Below, piece by piece: positions 1 through 15,600 of a DNA stretch of 64,000 bases (positions within the stretch are counted from its first letter, which is position 1; the number at the start of each line of letters is the position of its first letter). A program made the position numbers and the translations under genes. The DNA comes from Chrysomallon squamiferum (lineage: Eukaryota; Animalia; Mollusca). The notes beneath the pieces were generated by a model. The model did not search any database. It saw only the letters and a program-made list of their open reading frames with translations, and was not told the origin of the DNA. The stretch spans positions 2,666,001-2,730,000 of the forward strand of contig CM022679.1 of NCBI GenBank assembly GCA_012295275.1, read 5' to 3'.

Positions 1-1803
1 TATTATTGTGACTGCGTCAGTGTCTTAGCTATTCCTTTTTTAAAATAAAGTATGTTAATGCGTAATAACACTACTAAACACGGGCGAAATGATATCGGAA
101 TAAAAATATGAATGGAAATTACAGAAATAATAATAATAATAACCCGAGGGCAGGAATACCCAATATAACGTAACATCAAAATAAATATTTCAGTTTGAAA
201 GAAAGAAAAATAATTAAAAAAAACTAAAATTTAAAGCAGACTAAAGTTTAGGTTTTAGTTTCGTTGTTTTTTTACATCGTGTGTATTGGTTTTCCTTTAA
301 CAAAAACATGCGCACCACCATTTTACATTCTTAACTGAACGATCAAGAGAATCCGACATGTAATAGGATTGCTTTTGAAATTATATTATGTAACTCTGAA
401 TAATTAAGGTACAGTTACCTTTCATAAATACAATATTACTGACATAATATAGTATCACGTGACATTTACAAATAGTTGTCAATGTCAAATGACATTGAAT
501 CGGTTGATAATTACAGATTTAAAAATATTTTTTGGATTCATTGGTATATACATATTCTGCCTGAGCAATATTTTACTTATCATAAACTAACATCGGACAA
601 AAATATTACAATCTGGTACACCAACTAAAACTACAAGGTAATTATATAATTTTCATATTTAGGTCACAGGATAAATGCACCGTTGTCAATAAAGATACAT
701 ATATACAACCACACCTCTTTCAAAGGAAAGAACACATTGACATTTAACTTCATTTCAATTTTGTAAGCAATTTGATATTTATTAAAAGCAAGACGAAATA
801 TTTTAAAATTTGTTATCGAGAGGTTTTAAACTTAAATAAATAGTTATATTTGTTTTGTTCATTTTTGCACAGAATCTTATCTAAACACAATTGTTAGGAA
901 TACAAATATATCAAGTAAAGATTTATTGTTTGCTACTTTGGCGTGCGATCTACGCGATCTAGTGATCTACACCGAGCAAATTTTACTTTGTTGTGTGATC
1001 TACGCGCTTATTTTGTTTTATTTTAGTTTTTTATTATTGTTTTTCACGGCATAAGTTAAACAAATCTTCCCTTTATTATATATTTATAATTTATAGAAAC
1101 AAGGACTAAAAAGTATACTTATTATTTTTCACAGCATAAATGAAACAAATTTTCCTTTTATATAAAGGAGCAAGGGCTAAAAACATAATTTGAATATTCT
1201 TATCGATGAATTGAACGAACATCTTCTAGAAACGCAAGAACAACAACTTCAGCATTCATCCTCATCTGTAGCCAACAGAAATAATCAAGGTATGATTGGA
1301 AGGTTTTTTGAATTGCCCAAGTTTTGAAAGTTTTGACGATTTATGCTAGCTATTCGTCGGAATGAATAAAAATTCGTATATCCAATCAGAAATGAAGTTT
1401 GCCTGGATGTGATGTTCTTATATAATGTATCATGCGTTAATCTTTAAGGATTTTAAGATCTTCCTTTTATATTTTATAAATTTCATATATTTATTTATTT
1501 ATTTATTTTTTGCTATAGATCGTCCTTTAAGTTGTAGACGACACGCCAAAGTAGTTTCGTAACGAGTAGATCAACGTCAAAGTATCACCGATTTTTGTTT
1601 GTTTCTTTCTTTGTTTTTCCCACCACAAAAAACCTTCACTAAATTTTTTGTTGTTATTTGTTTTTTACTCTTTTTTTTTATGTAAAATAAATATATTAAC
1701 AGAAAAGCGCAAAATATAATCACTTTATTTGTTTGTTGTATATATAATTTTTTTTATATTAGTTTGGTAACAAATATTTTCATTAATATTCCTTAAAATA
1801 GCA

Positions 1804-4294
1804 ATGGCAGCTTCTTTTGTTGACCAGCTAAAAGCACTTCTATGGCGAAACTACATCTTGAAGAAGCGAAATAAAAAACAACTCTTCCAGGTTGGTTGAT
1901 TTTCACCACTATTTTTGTATATCCCAACATTTCATTTTCAACAATACCAATTTTATGAAGGTTGGCCTAGTAGTTCCTGAGATATGAGGGTTCAAAGGTT
2001 GGTAGTCATGCCCATTTTGGCCGAAAATCTAAAACGTCGGGGGGCAATATCACCCACATCATTGGTCCGATTGGCCAAAAATTTTGGATTTAGTGCTATG
2101 GGATCCTAACCAAAAAGTATATCAAGTTTCATAAAAATTAGAGACGGTTGGGTTTAATTTTTCTTTTGGGGGGGGGGGATTTTAATATGGAAAATCGGCT
2201 GAAATTAGTCAAAAGAATGTCCTTCACTTGCATTATCATCATCATCATCATCTTTTTTCTCTTTTTTTAACAATGTCTTTTCAGGAGTTATTCTTTCCAG
2301 TTTATTTAATGTTGATCTTGGTAGTGGTTAAAGTACTAAACGAAACTCAGCATTACCCAGCAATAGAATCTTTCCCTCAGCATCCTCTCTCTGACAGCAG
2401 ATTCCACTTCAACTCTTCAAAAAAACTTCTTGTATCACCTAACACATCAAATGTTTTAAACTTGACACCAGCAATATCATCACTTCTTGGTAATGTTAGC
2501 TACGAGATATTTGAAGATAAATTTGAAGCAGAACTGGCCTACAAAGCTAAACCAGAACAAGTTGCAGCCGGAGTCCATTTTGTGGATGCCAAAAAAATTT
2601 GGAATTACACAATCAGAATGGCTTATGAATCTCTGCCATCAGCAAGTCAGATGTTTATAAATGTTCAGAATGAAGGTGCATTATTTTTGTCTCTGTGGAA
2701 ATTTATATAAATATTGAAAATATATATATATATATAAAGAGAAGAAATTATTGACAAAAATCTTATTCTAAAAACATTAGCATTTTGAAATATTTTCAGT
2801 GTAAACATGATCACATTTATACGTAAAGAGAAGTTATGGAAAAGTAAATAAAATTAACTATTAATGTAACTATTTAATGTGACATAGTTAAACCTGAAAA
2901 TAATATTTTTCCATTTTCAAAAATCTAACTTTTATTTAAAGAATAAATTTGTTTAAAAAAAGGGAACGTTTATATACATTTCTTTTTAAAATTTTTACTA
3001 TATTTATTTTTTATTATATTTATTTTTTATTATATTTTTTTATCAGTCCAGTGCCATGGTAGTACAAACGGTACAGAAACCGGAAGAGAATGTCTAGCCA
3101 ATCAGTATCTGACAACCGGTTTTGTCTGGCTACAGACTGCCATTGACACTGCACTCATCAGAGTAAACTGAATCATTGTTTAAACCGGGGACCAGCAGTC
3201 AGCCAGCACAATCACCCAATCTTCAGTCCCTGAACCAATAAAATCACACATAGTCACCCAGCTTTTATTTTATTATTTAAAAGTATCCCAAGATCACCCA
3301 TTATTCAGTCTCTTCCCACCAAAAAAAAACAAAACATAATCCATACAGATTTGATTTTTTTTATATTAGATAAAAGTAATTGCTAACTGGGTCACAAGTT
3401 CAGTCTCCTTCAAGGTTATCTGAATCAATGAAATGCAAAGAGAATCAGAGTTCACCATCACAGTTTGAACTGCGTTTGTCAAGTCATATTTTTTGCAAGA
3501 TGTCCACATAGTTGCATACACTTCTAATATGGAGTATCAAACATAACTGGTTCATTCTGATGCACTTTACAGTGAATTTTTCTGAGACACATTATCAGTC
3601 TTTTTAAATATTTCACAGAAAAACTGATAAAGATTTTTAAAAATTTAAATAATGAAATAATATTTCTGTAAATGCCTCTAATCTGAAAGTAAATTATAAT
3701 AGATTTATTTCAAGTCTAAAAATTAACATAATTTATCAAAAATCAATATTTATAATAGTACTCTTTCTAGTCTAAAACTGAATATAATTTATTAGATAGT
3801 CATTATTTATAATAATATACCATTTCTAGTCTAAAAATTACTACAGTTCATTATAAAATCAACATTTATAATAAAATTTATTTCCAGTCAAAAAAAACCT
3901 GAACAAAAAACAAAAAAATATTTATATAAATAATAAGAAGTAAATAAAATAATACATAATTATGTTTTGTATTTATTTTGCAGCAAGTTGATCCATCGTT
4001 TTCTATGCCAGATGTTGCTGTTCAGTTGATGCCAGTAGATGAATATACACCAAATATCTCAACAATTCAGATCTTCTCATCAATCTACATCGTCATGGCT
4101 TACGCTGTCTTCATCAACTTTCTCTCAATTAATCTGGTTGCTGAGAAGGAGAAGAAAATTCGAGAAGGAATGCAAATGATGGGACTGAGAAACTCTGTTT
4201 GGTGGTAAATAGCTTTTTAATCTTTTATTACAGTAATCATAATTATTAATATTATTATTATTATTAGTAGTAGTAGTAGTGGTAGTAGTAGTAA

Positions 4295-4329
<35 letters not shown>

Positions 4330-6087
4330 TTTCTATTAGAATTATAATTATTAGTAGTAGTAGTATCAGTATTACTATTGTTGTTGTTGTTATTGTGTTT
4401 TTTTAAATCCAGGTTATCATGGTCTCTGATCTACACAGTGATTATCCTAGTAGTGACTGGAATGATTGTCATTGTTCTTATGGCAGCGTCTTTTTTTGCT
4501 AACAGCAACTTGTTCCTTCTTTTCATCATGTTGTTTCTATATGGGCTGTCTGTCATCAACCTGGCGTTTGTCATCACACCTTTCTTCAGAAAGGCTCAGG
4601 TTGCTGGTCTTGCTGCCAGTTTCTTCACCATCCTCCTCAGCCTGCTCTACTTGACTGTAAGCTTAACACGAACACCCACCAGCACCGGCTACCACTACAG
4701 CATCTCTCCCCCAGGCCGCTGGGCTTTCTGTCTTTTGTCCCCTGTTGCTCTCGCCCTGGCTTTGGATCAGGTGACATTATTTCTGTTACATGACAAAATA
4801 AGATTTAAAATTTGTTTTTAATCACTGATTAAATATTAATAAACATAAGAAGAACTAATGTTCATTCGTCTTAAAACTGTATATAATACATAAACTTCAA
4901 AATTATTGTTATTTTGTCTCATTGGTTGTCAAAAAAAAACATAAATAAAAAAACAACAAAAAACAAAACAAAGGGAAAAAGAACTTTTTCAAGTAAAACC
5001 ATTGAAACTTCTATTACTTTTGAACAATGGTTTGATCTTAACTTAATATTAAGATTATTAAGTATTTATTTGAAATGTGTTTATTGCATTGCAGGGAATA
5101 TTTCTGGACATGATTAAAGGAGGGATGTCATTTTCAACACTCACTCTAGGAGACTTTCCACTGTATGCTCCTATCACAATGCTCCTTGTTGACATCATCA
5201 TTTACTTTCTCCTTGCTGTCTACCTTGATCATGTTATTCCAGGTAATCAGTTTTAATACTAAAACTTACTGACAGGACAACACAGAGCAGGTTCTCTTTT
5301 AGACCTGGTAATTAGCTTGTGATTTTTCCTAAAATAAATATCAGACTATAATTACATCACAATTTGCATAATTGTATACAGATCAAAATAATCCAAATTG
5401 TACATTTCTTACTAAATTGGGTTGAAAGTTATAGCAATTTTACTATTTTGGACAAAGATCAGATGGCTTTAAAAATGGCCAGCAGAAGTGCACAAAGCTC
5501 CCAATCTGAAACATCCATCAATTGAATGTGGATGCTTTAGTCACAGCAGTAACGAAAAATCTACTCTAGATCAGTTCACCAATCTGGTACCCAAATACAG
5601 TCTGGCTAAGTGGACTATATAGTTATGTGAACACAGTTTGAACATCACCATTATAGTGTTAGAATAATTATATTTACTACTGAAACAGAACATTTAATAC
5701 AAATTTTCAGAATAAAAAATATTTTTGGTTATTGAGATCTTTCAAAAATAATAATATAAAATGATAAAAAATAACAAAATAACAAGAATGTAATCTGCAA
5801 AGTTATTTTTAATTAATATGTTTACAGGAGAATATGGTCCTCGTTACAAGCCATGGTTTTTCATGATGCCGTCCTACTGGTCTGGAAATACAACAGAGAC
5901 TGGGTCAACTGGGAATTATCAAGTATCGGCAGACCTCAACACTGATTTTGTGGAACTTGTACCTGAAGATTTGTCTAACAAGCTAGGCCTTAGGTAAATA
6001 AATATTTAAAATTAATTTTCTTTTGGTTTAACTGTGACTTAATGAATTAATGAATTATTTATTTATTTATATATTTTTTTTTTTTTA

Positions 6088-6136
<49 letters not shown>

Positions 6137-6507
6137 TGTTTTTAACAGTATATCAAAGTAAATAAACAAAAAGAGAACCTGTTGGTGTCTCTCTTTCAGT
6201 TACTATTTTTATCAGTTAGTATCAAGGAACCTTCCAGTAGATTAAAAACCAACAACCTCAAAGATTACAGTGTTAATTAGTTCTGAGCATTGGCTGGAAC
6301 AGGAAATAGCCCAGCAAGCCATTTTACATACATTCTGTTATTTCTAATACCAATCAGTTTTTTCTCAGTAAATACCCTGTTTTCTATTTCATGGCTGGAG
6401 ATTGTTTTTTATTTCAGAATATTAAATATTTCAAAACACTTTAAAGGCAAGAAGAAAACTGTCATGGCTGTAGATGGTGATTGGATTTATTTCTTTGTTG
6501 CACATAA

Positions 6508-6583
<76 letters not shown>

Positions 6584-9500
6584 ATGCACACACATACACA
6601 GCAACATACATACATTCATATATAGATAGATAGATAGACAGACATGGATACACATACACATATACACAGAGACTCACATACATGATTGTGCAGATACATA
6701 TAATACATAAACATAATTAAGATTCAGCAAAACTTGATATAAACATAGTACATTTTGTTTTTCTGTACTACTTTCAATCTGCTGCTACATAATTTACTGT
6801 ATAAATCTGATGCAAAAATAATTTTTCTAAGATCCAGAACATATTTTTAAAACTACATATTTATTTTAGAACTGTCACTGGATATTTATGAAGGACAAAT
6901 AACAGCACTGCTTGGTCAGAATGGAGCAGGGAAGACAACTCTTATTAATATGCTCTGTGGATTATCTCCACCTACATCAGGAACTGCAACAATAAAAGGA
7001 TTGGTAAAGTTTGTTATAATTGTTATGAATGTATTCAGGTCAATTTTGATTTAAAATAGCTAAGGAATCTTAAATATTATTGTTTATTTATTTATTTAAT
7101 AAGAATGCAAAATACCATCTCTCAAATGACAATCCTTTGGGTACCTTGGTGTCTAGACCCTAATGATTATCACAGATTATTATTTTGTTCATTTTAAAAT
7201 GACATACATGTATACAGAAGAAATATTTTTTCATAGAGAGATATACATTATTCATCAACATCTGTTCTCATGCTGGCAGTTAGTAAGTAACCTTTGACAG
7301 TAATGATCAGCATTCTTGTAAAACAATTCAGAATCTGAACATGAATCTTTCAAGCTGGTCCCAAATAAAGCAAAACCTGTAATTACAATGTCTGATTATT
7401 TCAGAGTGTGTCCAACAGCAGTGATGTTGAAAAGATTAGATCTATGACTGGGGTTTGTCCACAACACAACATTCTGTATGACGAGTTGACTTGTGAGGAA
7501 CACCTCTTGATTTTTGCTGGAATCAAAGGTGTCAGAAAGTCACAGAGATCTGACATTGTTAGTATTTTACATGTGTTACTCTGTTTTCATAGTGTCAGAA
7601 GTAGTCTGTGCTTGTTGTTCACAATGACATAGTAGTAGATATTGTTCGGTTGTCATACTAACAGATATATTATAGTAGATATTGTTCAGTTGTCATACTA
7701 TCAGATATATTGTAGATATTGTTCAGTTGTCATACTATCAGATATATTGTAGGTATTGTTCAGTTGTCATACTAACAGATATATTATAGTAGATATTGTT
7801 CAGTTGTCATAGTAACAGATATATTGTAGATATTGTTCAGTTGTCATACTATCAGATATATTGTAGAAATTGTTCAGTTGTCATACTAACAGATATGTTG
7901 TGCTAGATATTGTTCAGTTGTCATACTATCAGATATATTATAGTAGATATTGTTCAGTTGTCATAGTAACAGATATGTTGACAGTCTCAGTAGCACAACG
8001 ATAACATTAATATTATCTGTTTATTAACATTATTGCCATATTAAAGCAGATGTTAATTTTCTTTTTTGTTTTCACTTCCTGAAATGATCTTTTGTTTTGT
8101 TTTTTACTTGATTTTTCAACTCACATTCCTTTTCTGTATATAGTTTATTTAGTTTATTTAGGTATTTTTAAACTATTTAATATATTTCTCTCAGATAATG
8201 TGAAATTTTGTTTTCTTTGTACTATTTTAATATGTAAACTATTACTTAGTACTTTCTATTTGCAGTGATAGTTCATTTATGACCTTCAGAGAATAGCTGG
8301 CATTTTAACACCTTTGTAATCTTTTGTTATTTTGTTATTTTTTTAGATTACTTTTACATTTAACTAAATTGAAGATTGATTAATAATCATATACACATTA
8401 ATTATTTACTTTCTTTGGAAAGAAAAAATGTAAAATAAGAAAAGATGATTAATCATTATCTTTTTGTTTGAATATTAGAATAATGAATTGATTAACTATT
8501 TAACTTTGGTAACTTTAAAATGTCATAAATAATGTTTTGATATAGTAAGGAAGCTGTAATATTTTATTATTAAAGATACTTTATGCAAATTAATTAAATT
8601 CATTTATTTAATTATTTACCATTTGAAAGTTGATGTCTTACTGTTATTGACTGAATATTAAAATATATATTCTGTTGACTTCTACAATTTAATTCATTCA
8701 GGTTAAGAAAGTCTTGAAGGATGCTGATATTGCTGACCAGGCCAACGTCTTTGCTAAAAGGTTGAGTGGAGGTCAAAAGAGAAAACTTTCTGTTGCTATT
8801 GCTCTGATTGGCAGTCCTGAGGTATTAACACTGTTTTAATTATTTATTCTCAGAAGCAAAATAGCCATATATACACTGCATGTAAAAATGGCCAACGCAT
8901 TTTCAATTTTTATTTTTTTAAATGATGATGGTAATCATGTTATGATGCAAAATAAACATGGGCTGTGGGTACCTTTTGGAAAACTGCCACTGCTCAGAAG
9001 ACTAGGCACAGAGATGAATACATAGATATAAACATATATACAACAGAAGCACACACTCGTTTTCCATATCAATCATTGCCTGTCGTTTGTGTATTCTGTT
9101 TGCTATGTGTTTTACTCTCTATGGTTTGGTACACATAAAAAATCTCTTGTTACTAATTGATAATATTAACCAGTGAATGGTTAGGGGAGTGGATTTTCAT
9201 TTTCATATCTTCATTAAAATATTAAATAATGAGATAATATAAAACCAAGAGGTTAATATTAAAATGTGATGAAGTATTTATAGAAACATTTTTGTTCATT
9301 GATTACATTACTAGCTGAGCTTTTAACATAGAATGGTTGGCCTTACTTACAATGTGTATTTCTGATATTTGTTTTGTTCTTACAGATCACAGTGTATATT
9401 TCTGATATTTGTTTTGTTTTTGCAGATCCTTTTTCTTGATGAGCCTTCAGCAGGAATGGATCCCTACTCCAGACGCCATCTTTGGTCCCACCTGAAAAAT

Positions 9501-12500
9501 AACAAAGAAGGGAAAATTATTCTGTTGACAACACATTTCATGGATGAAGCAGACATTTTAGCAGGTGACATTATTTTATTCTAAAAACAGATTACTGAAC
9601 TTCAGTTTGCAGTAAGCAAAGAGATTAACTTTCTCATTATTTTCTCCCTCTCTCCTTCTCTCTTTCTCTCTTTCTCTTTCTCTTTTTTCTCTTTCTCTGT
9701 CTCTTTCTGTCTTTCATTCTTTCTCTGTACTTTTCAACCTCTCAATCTCTTGTCTCTGTTTCTGAAAATACAATAATTTCTTTCATTTTATAGATTTATT
9801 TAGATTTTTAATTTTTTTTAAATTTATTTATTGATCTTCAGATCGTAAAGCTATTATCAGCCATGGTAAGCTGAAGTGTTGTGGATCCTCACTGTTTCTG
9901 AAGAATCGATTTGGAATTGGATATCATTTAAAGTGAGACAAGTCTGCTTAGTCTCTGGAACTCATATCCTTTTTCTTCTTTCCTATTTTTTTTAATGTTT
10001 TTATTTTACAAATTATATTCTAATTATAATTGATCATCCAAAGTGATAATTAACTGAACTTAATCATGGTCCTTCTAGTGATTACCATTCTGTTAATTGT
10101 GACAATTTACCTGGCAGCAGCTCACTTAATTAATCAATTTTTCATAGCTGGAAGTTATCAGTCATTGACAGCTTTATAACCTGATCAAGAGAAATACTTT
10201 TTGCCAGTTCTCATGCATTGGTTTAGTTCCTGTTTAAAGCAAATTCTGATGTTTTTTTTTTACAGGTTTTTTAAAGGGTGTCATTGGCTCTTTATATGAA
10301 TGATCTGAACAAATACTAGATACTTCGAAGGGAGGGACCTATCGTCATTAGTAACAAAATAGAGTAATAAAATAATTCTGTTACAAAGCATTAGATTGCT
10401 GTCATTGTCTCCTTTGACAACTGGAGCCACAACTTCAGTATTTACAAGACAGACTGATTTCTGTGATTTTTCTCATACCAGAAAAAACTTGTACGTGACA
10501 GCATCATGTCCATTTAAAAATGGCAGCATTCACTACTTATTTTCCATTATTGTTGAAAATAACTCCAATTGGTAGCAAATGTCACAATCCTTACAGAACA
10601 TTTCCAATGATTATTTTAAAAAACTATGACTTGTAACAAATTTAATTATCCTCAAAATGGCATCTTATATTTTCTTTTAAGGACATTTTTGTATTCATTA
10701 CCTTAGAAGGGAATTTTAAATTTAATTTTAGTTTAATGGTTAACTCTAATTATTGTTAAAATTTTGGTTTTCTTTGTTTAGCATGGTTGTTGAGCCACAC
10801 TGTGATGGGAACAGAGTGACAGATTTGTTGAATCTACATGTGTCAGGTGTCCAGCTGAAGAGAACACATGCCAAAGAATTGTCCTTCACCTTGCCACTGA
10901 CAGAGGTCACCAGATTCCCAGGTAAAAAATATTGTAATAAATATTGAAATTATACTGAGAATGGAGAAAAGATAATGATGGGATTAACAGATGAAGTGAA
11001 GGAGAGTAAAACGGAGAGTGAAATGTAAGAACATTAGATGAAGAGCAAGATGGTTATCTTTCAATATTTCTTTAGATGTTCCTTAGAGTGAAAATGGTCT
11101 TTCTGTATTTTTCTTGAACTGTATTTAAAAGATTTCTAAACAATTTTCAGCGATGTTTCGTGAACTAGAATCACCTGTTGGTGATGGACAGAGCAAAGCT
11201 GAGTCACTTGGTATCAGCAGTTATGGTGTTTCCATGACATCACTGGAAGAAGTGTTCCTGAAAATAGGTAATTAATAAACTCGTTAGCAGTCATTAACAG
11301 CATAATTTTGTTTTGGTGTTTTTGTTTTAAATCAGTTGATATCATCTAATACAAAAAATGTAATACACAAGTGATATTCACAAAACAGGTTTTGTCTCAT
11401 TTAAGACTGTGCATCTTACCCAGCTAGCACAAAACTGACTCACATCTGGCAGAGCCAGGTATGAGCTGTCTTTGGTCCAGGTAAATGGTTCTTTAAAAGA
11501 TGATGTGTTGTTCTTTTGGGGATGGTATACATTTGAATGCCAAAGTCATTTTTGACAACATTTTCAAGCAAAAAGCTGAGAGAATGTCAATATAAATTTG
11601 ATAAATTGATAACTGGTGAATTCTAATACATTTGACTATTATATTTCAATTGGGAATAATAGCAACAGTCTATAAACATGTGCAAGTAAATATGATTTTA
11701 TTTACTTATTATTTTTTTTTTAAATTTTGTTTTATTAAAAATGTCTTAATTCTTTCATATATTAAATTTTTTTAAATGTATTTATAAAAACATTCACTCA
11801 ATATAACCTACTAAAAAATTATAAATGTTTACTCCTGCTTAATATAAGTTTTGTTAAAAAAAATTAATCCTATAAGTCACAATATAAACAAATATTCTGC
11901 ATCATGTGCCAGCACCAACACAATTTAATCATTTGCAGGTGAAGATGAAGACGTTGCTCATTCAGAAACTTACATCAATGAGATGTTTGAGGATGATGAC
12001 GATGCCACCAAACAACACTCTACATCAACACAGATTCCTGAACCTCAGCCCAACATCGCAGTGACTTTGCCTCCATCACAGAGTCACACAGACGATGTCA
12101 AGATTACATCTCAAAGATTCTGGGCTCTGCTGAAAATAAGATTTTTGTTGAAGATTCGAAACAAAGGGGCTGTAATTGTCCAGGTGTTTATACCCATAAT
12201 CCTGGTGATTGCTGGATGTCTTATCAGCAAACTGAAACCTAATGTGGACAAGTCGAACCCTTCGTCACTTGAGATCACACCTTCCTGTGCTGTGTCTGAA
12301 ACATCTCCTCTTCTAGCTGTTGATTCAGTTGGTAAAGAAAAGATCTTGTCTTTCTGCTTATATTTTTCTCTTTCTTTCTTTATACTGTCTCTTAATTCAA
12401 TATCTGTAATAAAATTCATTTAAATAAGTATTTTAAACTGTAATATTTTATTTATCTGTTTCAATAAGTGATTTATTTTTTTGTACACACTGTATTTTAA

Positions 12501-12635
12501 TTTAAATTTCAGATTAATTAACTTATTTATGTATTTACTTCGTTCCATGTGATACTTAACAGCTTGTCTGCTGAGTTATAAATGTTTGTTTGTTTACTTT
12601 TTCTCATTCCAATTTAATCTTTGTGTACTTCTCTC

Positions 12636-12689
<54 letters not shown>

Positions 12690-15600
12690 TTCTTCAAATA
12701 ACATTATTTTCAATCAGTGGTTTACAATTTTTGTTACTTAAGGTACACCACTGTCAGAAGAGTTTATAAAACAAATGACGAGTAACTTGCCTGTTGACTT
12801 AGTTAATTCGTCTGTGAACATATCTCAGCTGTCGCACCATTGGATGGGTTTCAATCTGTTTGAATTACACAGAGTAAGCCTCACTCTCACCTCATCTTCC
12901 TCTCAGAACAGGACATAACTTTATTACACTCTATTCTAAGCCACTGCATTTGAGTCAGATTTGTCATATATTTTAAGACACCACTACTGTTACAAAGCAA
13001 CAAGGTAATAGGCCAGAATTGAAACAAAATTTATGAAATTTGACAAGTCTGAGTAAAGTTTACAGTATATTTAAAAACACCAGCACTGTTACCTAGCAAC
13101 CAGGTAATTTCACAAAGAATTTACACATTTATTTTCGGAGATTTTAGTCAGTGAGTGTGAAGTTTCAGAAATGTTTTGAAAGAATTGTAAAAGTTATCCG
13201 GTTTTTCAGAGCTTTTATAATCACCATCATTACCATCAACATCATCATCATCATCATTATACATATTTTAAATATATTTCAGAATGCCAGTTCCAATTAC
13301 ACAGCTCTGTACAATGACACAGCCATCCATTCTCTGCCAGCAGTGATTAACTTGTTATCAAACGGACTTCTGCAACTTTCTACCAACGGCTCTGGCATTT
13401 CTGTGACCAGCTTTGTGTGGCCATCAGTGTTGACTTCTGTTACTTACAGTTCCACTTCCTTCATTGCAGCCTTAATACTTGTCCTTGCTTTCCTTATTGT
13501 GCCTCCAGGGTTTGCCATGGAGATTGTCAAAGATCGGCAGGTTAACTTTATCTTATTATACAAAACTATCAGTAGCTTTAATTTTATTGTTAACACACAG
13601 ATAAGTCAGATGTATTCATGTTGACAGCACAAATAATAAACAGTGCAGATAATTTTGATAAAAATATGGCTGCCATAGCATTCGTCCAGCTGGCCTGGGA
13701 TCAGATATGATTCAGATCCCAGGATTTTCCAGATTTCTGGATCAAAGCTTATTGTTTGCTTAAAATAAAATAAAAAAGATGGAAAAGAAAAAACAACTAA
13801 ACTATATGTAACAGAAACAAATTAATACATTTGTAAGACTCATAGCTGAATATTAATAATATAAAACAGACACAATAGTAATTAAAGATGAAAAATAATA
13901 CACAGGTAGACACACAAACAATTAATGATATAAGAAATATTCTATAAATAAGTGTACACAGCAACAAGAACACTTTCACCAAACACAATCAGAGTTATAT
14001 TGTTATCTCATCTTTATTTTACTGAATCTCTGCTATTCTTTTAGCAACACTCTTACAGATAATCTGATGAAAAAAGTGAACTTAATCCTTTGACTCATTG
14101 GTTTTGGTGTTTTTTTCGAACAGATCAAGGCACGAAGTCAGCTGCGTGTGTCAGGAATCTCATTCAACTTGTACTGGTCAACTTGCTTCTTCATTCACCT
14201 CATCATCAACCTCATTCCAGCCATAATCTGTGTCATAATTGTCATCTCTGTAAACGTTAGTATATAATTTGTGTTATAATAGTCATCTCTGTAAATATTA
14301 GTATATAATTTGTGTTATAATTGTCATCTCTGTAAACGTTAGTATATAATTTGTGTTATAATTGTCATCGTAGAAAATGACAGCAGTATTTTCATGTCTG
14401 TCCAATTTTTGTTGACATTACCATGTATCTCAAGCCTATTATTTAGATAGGAAAATGAATTCTCTTTCCATATATGTGTACATTATACAGCTTGATTTAA
14501 GACATTCATTGGTTTGAGAATGACTTTAACTATGATAGGATGGAGAACTATGAAGTTTGTATAAAATATATTAAAAGTCTTTTTGTTGACATCTCCACCC
14601 AGCAACACCATTTTAATAAGCCACTAATTTTGAAGTATACAAAACAACCACAACCTGTACACACTAATGAAATATTTTCAGGACACTGTTAAACTTTTAT
14701 TCTCTTTGATTTCAGATCTCAGTGTTCTCTTCAGTTAAACTTTTATTCTCTTTGATTTCAGATCTCAGTGTTCTCTTCAGTTAAACTTGTATTCTCTTTG
14801 ATTTCAGATCTCAGTGTTCTCTTCAGTTAAACTTGTATTCTCTTTGATTTCAGATCTCAGTGTTCTCTTCAGGAGGAGCTGTCTTGGCCCTGCTGCTGGT
14901 GTTTTTTCTGAACATCCCTTCCAATCTTCTTCTCACCTACATTTGTTCTTTTGCTTTTGACAAGTTTGAGACCTGCCAGGCATTTTTACCCACTATTTTC
15001 TTTATTGTGAGTAAAACATATCTGTTACCACAAGTAATACTATTTGTATAATAACTTCTACCACAAGTAATGTTATTTGTATGCCATCATTATGATCAGT
15101 TGTTTGTTATTTGTGCTTTGGGTGCAGGTTTTAAATTTGGTTTAATCTGTTTTGAGTACAAACAGCATTCTGGTTGTTATTTCACAAAAATGGGCTTTAG
15201 CAGACAGGCAGACAAAGAGACAAAAAATGTCTGCCTGCATAAAAAGAAAATTTATCATTTTTTTTGTTTTTTTTATATTTTATTATTAAATTCTGAAATT
15301 ATGTATATATTACTTGCAAAATGGTCTCTTTATACTGATGCACCCAATATTAATTTTTTCAATATAAAATGCCCATGTTTGGCTTGATTTTCATTATGAC
15401 AGTTTGTCTACACAATCAAATATACAAAATTAAATAAACAACAACAAAAAATATATATCTCTGTTGTTTATTTACACTGTTAGTTTTCTTTTTGCAGACA
15501 CATTTTAACAAAAAAAAAACATCCCCAAAACAGCAATTAACAAATACAAAAACAACAACAACAAACAAACAAATTTCAGGTATATGAAATTTATTTTTCT

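Noticed and set aside
1895-2210. Repeat-like sequence in ABCA intron 1 resembling non-autonomous DNA or Helitron-type elements
   Set aside because: Only a stylistic resemblance; no termini or second copy seen in the window.
6431-6667. ORFs with CVCVCV, HTHTHT, ERERER or poly-Ile runs (also near 38173, 44393, 45380-45734, 46811, 23612)
   Set aside because: They are translations of (CA)n, (GA)n and (ATT)n microsatellites in introns or intergenic DNA.
7635-7980. Regularly spaced 37-53 bp repeats (here and at 14688, 20853) as CRISPR-like arrays
   Set aside because: Units are contiguous with no unique spacers, there are no cas genes, and they lie in introns of a eukaryotic gene.
12111-12419. 102-aa minus-strand ORF
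   Set aside because: Antisense shadow of the ABCA exon 11939-12331. The same applies to 17013-17234, 26725-26919, 30990-31244, 32237-32518, 57418-57718 and 62505-62729 over their respective exons.
13089-13101. X-box-like GTTACCTAGCAAC in an ABCA intron
   Set aside because: It lies deep in an intron within a local duplication whose other copy (about 12988) lacks the motif; probably chance.
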